Of a stretch of 23,657 nucleotides of DNA, positions 1 to 8,321 are shown piece by piece. A program made the translations under genes and the position numbers. The first letter of the stretch is position 1. Each line of letters opens with the position of its first letter. Source of the DNA: Pseudobacteriovorax sp. (GTDB taxonomy: Bacteria; Bdellovibrionota_B; Oligoflexia; Oligoflexales; Oligoflexaceae); NCBI GenBank assembly GCA_050293845.1, contig JBNKNM010000075.1, positions 1-23,657 of the forward strand. Reading direction: 5' to 3'. The notes below the pieces were generated by a model that saw only the letters and a list, made by a program, of their open reading frames with translations, searched no databases and had not been told where the DNA came from.

Positions 1-60
1 AACATGTGGGCCGAAGGGGAAGTTGAAAAAGGAGCAACATTTTATTTTACTTTAGCATAA
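1..60 (+). CDS. 3' end of a sensor histidine kinase (HATPase_c C-terminus), partial
   Basis: Frame 1 reads NMWAEGEVEKGATFYFTLA-stop(58-60). W-A-E-G-x4-G-A-T-F-Y-F-T-L is the typical G2-box end of HK ATPase domains. Not in the ORF track. Confidence 0.85.
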   Translation, partial: NMWAEGEVEKGATFYFTLA

Positions 61-469
61 TGGGAACAAATTCTTTTTTGAAAATAATTTTCATTTCAGC
101 TATAGTTTTGCTGGAGCTTGGTTTGGGGCAAGTGTCAGCAAAACCAATACTAGTATATGTTTGTATATCGTCAATATTAGAGCTACCACTGACTGCTATT
201 AAAGGAATATGCTTTGTTTGTGAATTGCTTTTAAGGTCTTTGGCTATTTCAATGCCACTTTTCTGGGGGAGTCTAACATCAAGTAAGATCAGATCAGGCT
301 GATACTGATTGAGAAGTTCAGTTAACTCTCTGTCATTCAAACAGGAGTCTGTCTCGAACCCCAAAAGCTCTAAATGATCGCTGATTGTTTGTTTGATGTC
401 TTCATCATCTTCAACTATTACAACCTTAGTCATTTTAGACCCCAAATAATGCTTTTCCTTATTATCCAT
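47..469 (-). CDS. single-domain response regulator (CheY-like receiver)
   Basis: VVIVEDD acidic pocket, PDLILLDVRLP phospho-Asp, IAVSG and KP motifs are all present. Start may be the ATG at 433 (GGGGT upstream). Confidence 0.9.
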   Translation of the reverse strand: MDNKEKHYLGSKMTKVVIVEDDEDIKQTISDHLELLGFETDSCLNDRELTELLNQYQPDLILLDVRLPQKSGIEIAKDLKSNSQTKHIPLIAVSGSSNIDDIQTYTSIGFADTCPKPSSSKTIAEMKIIFKKEFVPIMLK

Positions 470-550
470 GAATTAACACCGGGCGTCGAGCGCCATGTCA
501 AATAAATGATCCTTGGAGGTTAACCGTATTCTGAAAAACTCAGTTTATCC

Positions 551-577
551 TAAGCACTATGATGGTATCTCCGAAAA
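551..577 (+). promoter_or_regulatory. putative sigma28 (FliA)-like promoter of ligD
   Basis: TAAG-N15-TCCGAAAA versus consensus TAAA-N15-GCCGATAA, followed by GAGGAG RBS and GTG 599. Confidence 0.4.
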
Positions 578-598
578 GAAGTGTGAGGAGACAACACG

Positions 599-2743
599 GT
601 GAGTCTTGACAATTACAACAAGAAACGCAATTTTCAACAAACTCCAGAGCCGCAAGATGATCATAACTCTCAAAAGGTGGAGGGACGGTTTGTAGTCCAG
701 TGTCACAAAGCTTCCCACTTCCATTATGACCTGAGATTACAAATAGGTCATAGCCTTAAGAGCTGGGCGATACCAAAGGGGCCTTCACTAAATCCTGCTG
801 ATCAGCGTTTAGCTGTTTTTGTCGAAGACCATCCTTTAGCATATGCAGATTTCGAGGGAGTCATACCTAAGGGAAACTACGGGGCCGGGACAGTGATGAT
901 CTGGGATGAGGGTACCTACTTAGAAAGATCTAGCGATAGCTTCGCCATAAGTATGCAAAAATCCCTTGAAGGCTTAAATAACGGGCAAATTACCTTTATT
1001 CTTGATGGTAAGCGTCTCAAGGGAGAATTCGCCCTGATTCGCATGGGGCACAGTCGTAACTGGTTGTTGGTGAAAAAGTGGGACTCGTTTGCCTCTACCA
1101 AACAACAACGTTGGCCGGAAACCTCTATTCGATCGGGGCTGGGATTTGATGAGATTCGTCAGAGTAAGAAGGTTTGGTACTCGAAGCAGGTGGGTGGTCA
1201 TACTCCTTCCTCAAAAAAACTATATCATACAACAATAGCACCAACTCTAGACGAGCCGGAATTATGCTCTGGTCCTCCTGCAGTAAAGTTATCTAAACCG
1301 ATTCTTTCCGATCAGCTTGTGCCCCTAGAGGGCTGGACTATGGAATACTGGGTGAAAGGAGTTCGAGGACTTCTTGTGATCAATGGCCATAGAAGTTCAT
1401 TTCGCTCGATAGGTAATCTTGATTATTTTGCGCGCTTTAAAGGCCTACGACATAAAATAATGCCCTTGGAGACAGTTGCTGTTTTGGATGTTACTTTGAG
1501 GGATAAGGATGGGAATTCCCCTCAGTTTGTTGTCTGGGATATTTTATTTTGGCAAGGAAAATCTTTTCTAAGAATGTCACTTTGTGATCGTTTTATATTT
1601 CGCGAACAGTTTTGCTCAATATATCCTCTTTTTAAAATTCCTGAGCCTTATTCTGAAAGCCACAACAACCGGAATATGGTATTGCTGCAGAGACATACTC
1701 TGAGCCCATACATATCTGGACTAACGAAAACCTGGGTGAGGGGAACCATGAAAAGAACGGAATCCCCCCAAGCTGTTGCTAGAAAAGAGGAGCGTGTACC
1801 AGATAATGTGGCGGTAACAGACCAGTTAAGCGATCTTCTAGTCCTGAGCCGTAGCTATGACGGGCCGGTACGATTAGCTCATGGTAATAAGGTTTTATGG
1901 CCAGATGTCGGTATTAGCAAGGCTCATTTGTTGGGCTACTATCGCCTTGTCGCTCCCTATCTTATCCCCTATATCAAAGATTGCCCTCTTTCTGTACAAC
2001 GCTTCCCACAAGGGATACAAGCGATTGGGTTTTTTCAGAAGGATTTTGTCGGTTTTCTGCCCAAGTATGTGAAAACTCATCGGGTCCATTCAGCTAGCTC
2101 GGGGAAAACCCTTAACTATCTGTTGGGAAATAATGAAGACACTTTGCTTTACCTTGCAAATCTTGCTGTCCTTGAAATCAATCCATGGCTTTCTCGCTGG
2201 CAGTCCCTACTACAACCTGCCATGGCTGTCATAGACCTTGATCCCGATGGCAACCCCTTTCAAGAAGTACTTGAACTGACCAATTTTATAGGAAAATTCC
2301 TAGCAGGTCGGGGTATTGTGAGCTATTGCAAGACCTCTGGAGCTAGCGGTGTGCATATCCACGTGCCACTAGCGGGGCAAGCCAGCTTCGATGATAGCCG
2401 AACATTCTGCCTAGCTGTGGCAAAGCGGGTGCAGCAGCACTTTCCAAAGCTCACTAGCTTGGAGCGTAGCCCTTCAAGACGTCGGGCGCGCATTTACCTT
2501 GACTGCTATCAAAACCGTAAAAGTCAAACCATTGTGGCTCCTTATTCGCCGCGTCCTTTACCAGGGGCTCCGGTATCAATGCCGATTTCTTGGCAAGAAG
2601 TAGAAGGGGCTGGTGTGCATCCCAAACAGTTCAACATTTGTACCGTTGCCTCCCGATTACAGCAAACAGGTGATTTGTGGCACCAAATTGATCGGCAACA
2701 ACAAAACTATACGGACCTGTTGGCTCGGGTTACGAAGTCTTGA
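599..2743 (+). CDS. ligD: LigD-type NHEJ protein: 3'-phosphoesterase + degenerate ligase remnant + primase-polymerase (PolDom)
   Basis: PE domain: YNKKRNFQQTPEP, FVVQCHKASHFHYDLRL, SWAIPKGPS, RLAVFVEDHPLAYADFEGVIPKGNYGAGTVMIWD. PolDom: AVIDLDP, KTSGASGVHIHVP, RIYLDCYQN, IVAPYSPR, GAPVSMPISW. The middle region resembles a ligase domain but lacks KxDG. Confidence 0.92.
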   Translation: MSLDNYNKKRNFQQTPEPQDDHNSQKVEGRFVVQCHKASHFHYDLRLQIGHSLKSWAIPKGPSLNPADQRLAVFVEDHPLAYADFEGVIPKGNYGAGTVMIWDEGTYLERSSDSFAISMQKSLEGLNNGQITFILDGKRLKGEFALIRMGHSRNWLLVKKWDSFASTKQQRWPETSIRSGLGFDEIRQSKKVWYSKQVGGHTPSSKKLYHTTIAPTLDEPELCSGPPAVKLSKPILSDQLVPLEGWTMEYWVKGVRGLLVINGHRSSFRSIGNLDYFARFKGLRHKIMPLETVAVLDVTLRDKDGNSPQFVVWDILFWQGKSFLRMSLCDRFIFREQFCSIYPLFKIPEPYSESHNNRNMVLLQRHTLSPYISGLTKTWVRGTMKRTESPQAVARKEERVPDNVAVTDQLSDLLVLSRSYDGPVRLAHGNKVLWPDVGISKAHLLGYYRLVAPYLIPYIKDCPLSVQRFPQGIQAIGFFQKDFVGFLPKYVKTHRVHSASSGKTLNYLLGNNEDTLLYLANLAVLEINPWLSRWQSLLQPAMAVIDLDPDGNPFQEVLELTNFIGKFLAGRGIVSYCKTSGASGVHIHVPLAGQASFDDSRTFCLAVAKRVQQHFPKLTSLERSPSRRRARIYLDCYQNRKSQTIVAPYSPRPLPGAPVSMPISWQEVEGAGVHPKQFNICTVASRLQQTGDLWHQIDRQQQNYTDLLARVTKS

Positions 2744-2988
2744 CTTCGATCAGCCCGCTTCCGGAACTCAGAGTTATCCAGATTTTCTGGAAGTGGCAGG
2801 GAAGGAATGCCGCTAATCAGGCACAAGTAAATATAAACTTCTATGTTAACCTCGGTTCATGAAGCAATGTCTTGCTGAAGTGATGCAGAGCGGGAAGGGG
2901 TGTTTTTAACATCCGGGTATAATTACTAAAAGGTAGCATTAAAGGAAGGTTCTGGTCCGATAAGATAGTCATATCTAGGAGAAGGATC

Positions 2989-3585
2989 ATGGTAGAAAAA
3001 AAAGGTAGAGCTGACCCCTTTAGTGTGAAAAAAAGTAAGAATCCACCGCCCCAGGCAGCAGATACTGTGACGCCACCCCAGGATATTCGTGAGGCGATCG
3101 ATAGTTTTAGGGAATGTCAGGAGCAAGCTAAACATTATGAAGGAGAGGCTACAGTTCATAAGGATAAGGTTATGGACTATGCGCGGCGGGAGTTCAGTCA
3201 CCGTTCCTTAGTAGGTCATGATGGTAGTTTTAAAATCTTGGGTGATGAATCCATGGTGACGTATGTAGTTATGAAGTCAAGCGCTGGATTGGCTGAAGAG
3301 GATGTGGAGGTGTTTACAGAAAAGTGGGGAGAAGAGGCGGCAAGTGCTCTTGTAGAGCGAGATTTGCGCAGTATTCGCTTTGATCCCCAGGTGCTGGAAG
3401 CTAACTATGATGCGGTTGTCGATGCCTTGCAGACCCTTCCAGAAACGGTTTTGGCTAAATTATTCAAGCCTATGCTTTTAAAGGCGAAGGATAATGCATT
3501 GGAACAAGCTAAGAAATTTGTCAAGAACGAGAAGGAATTGGCAGATATCGCGCAGGACTTAAAATTGAAACATTATGTTCGCTAA
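2989..3585 (+). CDS. hypothetical cytoplasmic protein, helical and acidic
   Basis: 198-aa ORF with AGGAG RBS at 2977-2981 and no signal peptide. A perfect TATAAT (2918-2923) and TCCGATAA (2956-2963) lie upstream. Confidence 0.85.
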   Translation: MVEKKGRADPFSVKKSKNPPPQAADTVTPPQDIREAIDSFRECQEQAKHYEGEATVHKDKVMDYARREFSHRSLVGHDGSFKILGDESMVTYVVMKSSAGLAEEDVEVFTEKWGEEAASALVERDLRSIRFDPQVLEANYDAVVDALQTLPETVLAKLFKPMLLKAKDNALEQAKKFVKNEKELADIAQDLKLKHYVR

Positions 3586-3630
3586 ATAAGACCTTGCAGC
3601 AGAGGGTGGGAAAGCTTATATAGGACTTTC

Positions 3631-4275
3631 TTGCCATCCCATAAGGTAGTAGGTCTTGTGTCTGATATTCGATCTATTAACAATCCGACCATATTTAGTC
3701 GAGGTGTCATCCTGAATGAGTCCCCTTTCATCAAAGCTCCTCATCCAAAAACCAGCATTAGGGCTGATGTGCAGGCTATACAGCGCATTTTAAGCCATGG
3801 TTGGGCAGCACAATTAAAAATTCATGGACATCGGGCTCAGATTCATATCCCTGCAGATTCTAGCCAAAGGCTACTAGTTTACAATCGCCAGGGTCAATTG
3901 CATAAGGTGCAGCCTTCTGCAGAATTGGCAGCTGACCTTTACAGACTTTTTGCACCACAGTTTGATTGGACTGTCATAGATACTGAGTGGCTAAAGGCCA
4001 GCCGCAAAATATTCGTGTTCGATATATTAAAGCGAAGCGGGGAGCTGCAACATAGCAAATGCTATCGAGAACGTTATGATCTGCTACCTCGGATCTATCG
4101 CTCAGAATATATTGAAACTCTCCCTCTCATTTACTCGGCAAAGCGTTGCATGGAGCAGATGCAGAAGGCTCCCGATTATGTTGAGGGTTTGGTGCTAAAA
4201 TCTTTGGAGACAAAGGGATTTCATGATACTTCGTTGGTCCGGTGCCGTTTTCCTGGAAGAAGCCAACACCTTTAG
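3631..4275 (+). CDS. stand-alone ATP-dependent ligase-family nucleotidyltransferase (adenylation) domain, no OB domain
   Basis: Motif I QLKIHGHRAQI, Ia VYNRQG, III VIDTEW, IIIa IFVFDIL, YRERYDLL, IV VEGLVLK. The protein ends about 25 aa after motif IV. Start uncertain (TTG 3631, GTG 3658 or CTG 3712). Confidence 0.82.
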   Translation: MPSHKVVGLVSDIRSINNPTIFSRGVILNESPFIKAPHPKTSIRADVQAIQRILSHGWAAQLKIHGHRAQIHIPADSSQRLLVYNRQGQLHKVQPSAELAADLYRLFAPQFDWTVIDTEWLKASRKIFVFDILKRSGELQHSKCYRERYDLLPRIYRSEYIETLPLIYSAKRCMEQMQKAPDYVEGLVLKSLETKGFHDTSLVRCRFPGRSQHL

Positions 4276-5093
4276 CGGAGTCCCTCTACAGGAGGCACTG
4301 AGAATATTTCATCGATTAGCCTCTTAAGATAAGGGGGCATGGCTGCGTAATTTAATGTAGACATATATATGGCAGACTTTTCATGCCGCGGTAGGTCTAT
4401 AGTATAGAGATCCGGCTCTAAGCGGAGTATGTGGTCAGGCAATACAGCAACACCGAGCCCTTCTTTGACAAATCTTAACATCGAGGTGATGGAGTTCACT
4501 TCGATCATGCGCGTCGAGGGCTTGATCTTTAACTTGAGTAACAAATCTTCTTTATTATAAATAATCCAGCGCTCGTTTTCGAGATCTCCTAAGCTGATGG
4601 GCTTTTGTGATGCAATTTTCCGGGTTTCCTCAAAAATCAGGCGCGAGGTAATAATGTCATTTTGCAGATTATAGGGAGTGAATATAATATCGTATTTTCC
4701 TGCTGCAAGGCGATCTTGGAGCTTTTGGAAGTTTGCAATTTGGATCAGCAGATTGTTTTTATTACTTTTGTAGTAATTAACCATAACCTGTGGGAACCAG
4801 CTTTCCAACAATCCATGTATAATGCCAATCCGGATGGTTTTAGTTTGTTCATCAGACAAAGTTTGATTGATCTGATCCATAAAGTTATTGGCATGCTCTA
4901 ATATTTCTTTACCCTTGGGGGTTAGGGTAATATGCTTTGATGAACGCAAAATAAGCTCTTCGTTGATCGACTCTTCCAATAGCTTTATTTGTCGACTTAC
5001 TGCCGATTGAGCAATGTTCAATTCATCTGCTGCTTTTGAAAAGCTCCCATGAGCTGCAGTTGCCATAAATGCTTTAAGATATCTAAAATCCAT
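4272..5093 (-). CDS. LysR family transcriptional regulator
   Basis: HTH signature GSFSKAADELNIAQSAVSRQIKLLEE, LTPKG, C-terminal VKEGLGVAVLP. GAGGA RBS upstream. Confidence 0.96.
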   Translation of the reverse strand: MDFRYLKAFMATAAHGSFSKAADELNIAQSAVSRQIKLLEESINEELILRSSKHITLTPKGKEILEHANNFMDQINQTLSDEQTKTIRIGIIHGLLESWFPQVMVNYYKSNKNNLLIQIANFQKLQDRLAAGKYDIIFTPYNLQNDIITSRLIFEETRKIASQKPISLGDLENERWIIYNKEDLLLKLKIKPSTRMIEVNSITSMLRFVKEGLGVAVLPDHILRLEPDLYTIDLPRHEKSAIYMSTLNYAAMPPYLKRLIDEIFSVPPVEGLR

Positions 5094-5303
5094 CAGTTTT
5101 CCTCATGTTTGAAGCCAATTGTGTCATTTTTAATAGGTAAAACCAAGACTTAGTATCTATTATCTAAAAATAGCCTAAAGCGTAATAAAAAAATTAGCAT
5201 TGAAATGAAGATATTAGGACTCGTAGGATGCGAAGTTATAGGAAAGCCTTCGTGTGTTAATTGGCTGACTTTAATTAACGTACACGAATCATGATGGCAG
5301 ATT

Positions 5304-5347
5304 GGATAAATAAAATGCCTGACTTAAAGTCGGCTTTTTATTTATCC
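5304..5347 (-). terminator. intrinsic terminator, probably bidirectional
   Basis: GGATAAATAAAA-TGCCTGACT-TAA-AGTCGGCT-TTTTATTTATCC: long inverted repeat with T/A tracts, 16 nt past the stop of 5364..6092(-). Confidence 0.75.
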
Positions 5348-5363
5348 GTCTTTTAAGTAAATA

Positions 5364-6092
5364 TCAATGCCCAAGAGACTTCTCTTCGTTAGGAATTGTA
5401 ATCGTTTGATTTTGATTTATTTTCTCTAAGTTTTTAATAACAATAAAAGAGCTGTCCCTTTGGTCCAGGGTTACGAAGCCGTTCTGTATTTTTGTGATAG
5501 GTTTATATTCTTCTATACTGCAAGGAAAGTGGTTCTTTATTTGGGCAAATGTTCGATAGGCCTGCAATACAACTTTATTCCCCTCGATACGACTCTCCAT
5601 AAAAGCTTCAGTTCCCCTAGCGTAGCATTGGTTCGTACCTAATTGAATCTCAGCACGATATTGATACCCTGTTAGTATACCTTCTGGGGTGGTTGCTGGT
5701 ATTAACTCGATACTGCGAATGACTGCTGGCTGTTGCACAGAATCTGAAACGGTCACGTTAAAGGTGGAACCATTTACTAGTTTTACCTTCAGAAGGAAAG
5801 CCGTGTCGGTGTAACTGTGGGGTATAGGAAACTTTTTAGTAACTATCTTGCTAGCATCATTGCAGTCTTGATCCATATCCTCACTCGGTAGAATACTCCC
5901 ACGGCACGATAAGGGGTAACCACTCCAGCACTCTTCTATTTTTAATTGAAAATGTGGTTCGCCACAATAATCATGAGTGAAAGTCGCCGTAATGTATCCA
6001 TTGGTGTAGACAATATCAGTAATGGAACTTACCGCTGCCGTGAGGTTCCCTGAAATGGCCAACAAACTTGTAAGCAAAATGCGAACGATCAT
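5364..6092 (-). CDS. hypothetical secreted Cys-containing protein
   Basis: Signal peptide MIVRILLTSLLAISGNLTA, six Cys, beta-rich composition, AGGGG RBS. Confidence 0.8.
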   Translation of the reverse strand: MIVRILLTSLLAISGNLTAAVSSITDIVYTNGYITATFTHDYCGEPHFQLKIEECWSGYPLSCRGSILPSEDMDQDCNDASKIVTKKFPIPHSYTDTAFLLKVKLVNGSTFNVTVSDSVQQPAVIRSIELIPATTPEGILTGYQYRAEIQLGTNQCYARGTEAFMESRIEGNKVVLQAYRTFAQIKNHFPCSIEEYKPITKIQNGFVTLDQRDSSFIVIKNLEKINQNQTITIPNEEKSLGH

Positions 6093-6309
6093 GGGAGTTC
6101 CCCTAGAATTAAATTTAGTTCATATAAGTTTTTACTCTTAAATTAGTGAAAGGGAAAGTCTTGGCCAGCCAGTAAATAGAAGTTAACTCTGCAATTCAGG
6201 GAAATAGATAGTTTTAGTGGAGGAATAAAAATTTGATCTATTTTCCTTTTGAAAATTAACCTAAAAAACAGGTTTTATGTAAAGTCCATTCCCTCTATTT
6301 TAAAAGCTC

Positions 6310-6960
6310 TTACAAGAGAATTCCTAATCTCAGTATGGCGAAAGAAACAAGGGTGCTTTTACCAAAATCTTCGCCAGTTTTTTTAAGGTCACTATTTAGG
6401 TTTTCAAGGTCGGAACCGCTTACAGGTAATGATGTGTTTAGAGTTGAGGATACATCAGAAGATATAGGTGCTAAGACACCAAGGAGATCTAGACCTAAAT
6501 AAATCAATCCGAAGCGGCCGGTTGTACCAAACCCCAATTTTGTGTATGTGCTTTTAACCTCTATCTTACCTGCAGTGTTACCCCCAGTAGTGTCAGATAT
6601 ACTGTAGTCGAAGACCACATTACTTTGCCCCATTCCGAATACGACATTCATTCCAAAAAGCAAAAACAATCTGGCTTCAAGGCCCATTAACTGGGCCGAA
6701 ATATTGAATTTGTCAATGGATGTGAGCGAATTGTTAGCCGATGAGTCTTCCACGAGCGAGGTAACATCCTGGCTGCCCTGGGCAGCCGTAATCCCCAAGT
6801 GCAGATCACCCATGGCATAAAAAAGGTCTATTCCTGGCATGGGTACTGGTGCAGGAAGAATAGGAAGTCCTAGGTTTGCACCTCCACCGAATGATGCAGC
6901 GAGTATATTTTGCGGTAATAATAGGAAAGTCAGAATTATAAAAAAACAGAACTTTTTCAT
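6310..6960 (-). CDS. secreted protein, probable small outer-membrane beta-barrel
   Basis: Signal peptide MKKFCFFIILTFLLLPQNILA, alternating Gly/hydrophobic strands, terminal strand ILRLGILL, GGAGGAG RBS. Confidence 0.7.
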   Translation of the reverse strand: MKKFCFFIILTFLLLPQNILAASFGGGANLGLPILPAPVPMPGIDLFYAMGDLHLGITAAQGSQDVTSLVEDSSANNSLTSIDKFNISAQLMGLEARLFLLFGMNVVFGMGQSNVVFDYSISDTTGGNTAGKIEVKSTYTKLGFGTTGRFGLIYLGLDLLGVLAPISSDVSSTLNTSLPVSGSDLENLNSDLKKTGEDFGKSTLVSFAILRLGILL

Positions 6961-7058
6961 AGTAACGTTCTCCTCCAGTCATCTTAATCCTACTTCGGAT
7001 AACGAATCGATAAACATTAATTGTTTTGAGTAGGGATTCATTCAACAAATTCAGGGCA

Positions 7059-8231
7059 TTAAGAAGCTTTTTTTTGCGCTTCCAATTGTTGGAGCAATTG
7101 ACGTGCTCGCACCAATTCAGGGTAGAACTGATCTGAAAGTTTTAAGCTTTCTTCAGCGGATGGGTAATCTTTGTTGCGAATGTGAGCAAGGGCAATATTA
7201 TATAGGATTTTACCTTTAAACTCCGGCGTGGTTACAATTCCTAGGACCTGCTTATAAATGTCTAGAGCGGCTTGAATATTGTTTTCCTTGGTAAGTTTTA
7301 CTCCGGCTTCGTTTAGTATGTTGACGATTTCTTTTTCATCGTGCGATTCTTTTAAACTATCACAAATATTTGAATAATCTTTGCGTTTTATCTGTATTTT
7401 GGTCTTTACCACAGAACAAACTTTGTTAGTTTTGTCGAGTTCATGAAGACGGCCCATCTGTTTTTCCGCGAGTTCTTCGTTGCCAACTTCAATATTGGAC
7501 AGTCCTGCGTTCTCTAATACTTGAATATGGTAAGGATTGGATTCTGCCAATTGATTGAGAATTTGCGTAGCTTCTTGGTATTCACCTTTCAACATATGGA
7601 TTTTTGCAAGTTTATTTTTTGCAGCCACCGAAGAAGGGTTTATTTCTAGAGCTTCTTGGTAAAAATTGAGACTTTTGACAAGATCACCTTTTCCGATATG
7701 GCAATCACCGAGGAGTGTAGACCACTTCTCCTGTAGTTCTGGGACTTTATCGGAAGCTTCAGCAACCTCAAGAGCTAGATCGTACATTTGTGAATTATAA
7801 AAGGACCTGGCATTAAGGTAAGCCTCATAAGCTGGAGATAGGGAGTTTTCATTTTTGATAATGTAGTTGATTTTATCTTTAATTTTTTGGTGTGAAATAG
7901 GATATATAATGACATAGCGAATATCATATTCGGCTAGGATTGCCAAACTATCGGGACCGATTTTCTTACCCACAAAAAGAAAGGGTTCCAAGCCATAGTT
8001 GCCTGATGCCCGCAGTTTTTGCAGAAGAATAGTTCCCGAGCTGTTTGGAAAGTCCAGTCCGCAAATAATAAGCTCATAAGAGCTGCGTACGGCATGTTCG
8101 TATGCTTCGTCCAGCTCGTGCATGATGTGAAAATTTTGAAATCCTAGTGAATTTAAGACGGCTTTGAATAAAAGCTCTTCATCCTGCTTATCTACCACGA
8201 TCAATACAGGGCTTTGTTTAGAAATACCCAT
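7059..8231 (-). CDS. receiver-like domain + tetratricopeptide repeat protein
   Basis: N-terminal REC fold pattern. TPR motifs LGDCHIGKGDLVKSLNFYQEALEINP, LAKIHMLKGEYQEA, LYNIALAHIRNKDYPSAEESL. Confidence 0.88.
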   Translation of the reverse strand: MGISKQSPVLIVVDKQDEELLFKAVLNSLGFQNFHIMHELDEAYEHAVRSSYELIICGLDFPNSSGTILLQKLRASGNYGLEPFLFVGKKIGPDSLAILAEYDIRYVIIYPISHQKIKDKINYIIKNENSLSPAYEAYLNARSFYNSQMYDLALEVAEASDKVPELQEKWSTLLGDCHIGKGDLVKSLNFYQEALEINPSSVAAKNKLAKIHMLKGEYQEATQILNQLAESNPYHIQVLENAGLSNIEVGNEELAEKQMGRLHELDKTNKVCSVVKTKIQIKRKDYSNICDSLKESHDEKEIVNILNEAGVKLTKENNIQAALDIYKQVLGIVTTPEFKGKILYNIALAHIRNKDYPSAEESLKLSDQFYPELVRARQLLQQLEAQKKAS

Positions 8232-8321
8232 AACCTACCTTTAACAAGCAACAAGTATGAATACTTCTATCGGTAGGATTAAAGCGGAATAAAACTTTTT
8301 TCTCTTACGAAATATTCAGCA

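Noticed and set aside
60..302. 80-aa hydrophobic + strand ORF
   Set aside because: It is antisense to a clear receiver gene and overlaps the kinase stop; a shadow ORF.
916..3201. Short alternative ORFs in and around ligD and the 198-aa gene (916, 974, 1881, 1895, 2613, 2926)
   Set aside because: They overlap well-supported genes and have no motifs.
2989..3585. Calling this gene ku
   Set aside because: No Ku N-terminal W-x-G-x-I-x-FGLV-x-IPV-type motif and the sequence is mostly helical.
599..4275. Prophage or defence-island interpretation of the ligase cluster
   Set aside because: No integrase, att repeats, structural genes or recognisable defence domains.
4272..5300. LysR as regulator of a divergent neighbour
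   Set aside because: The upstream gene is co-oriented and terminated. There is no divergent target and no convincing LysR box.
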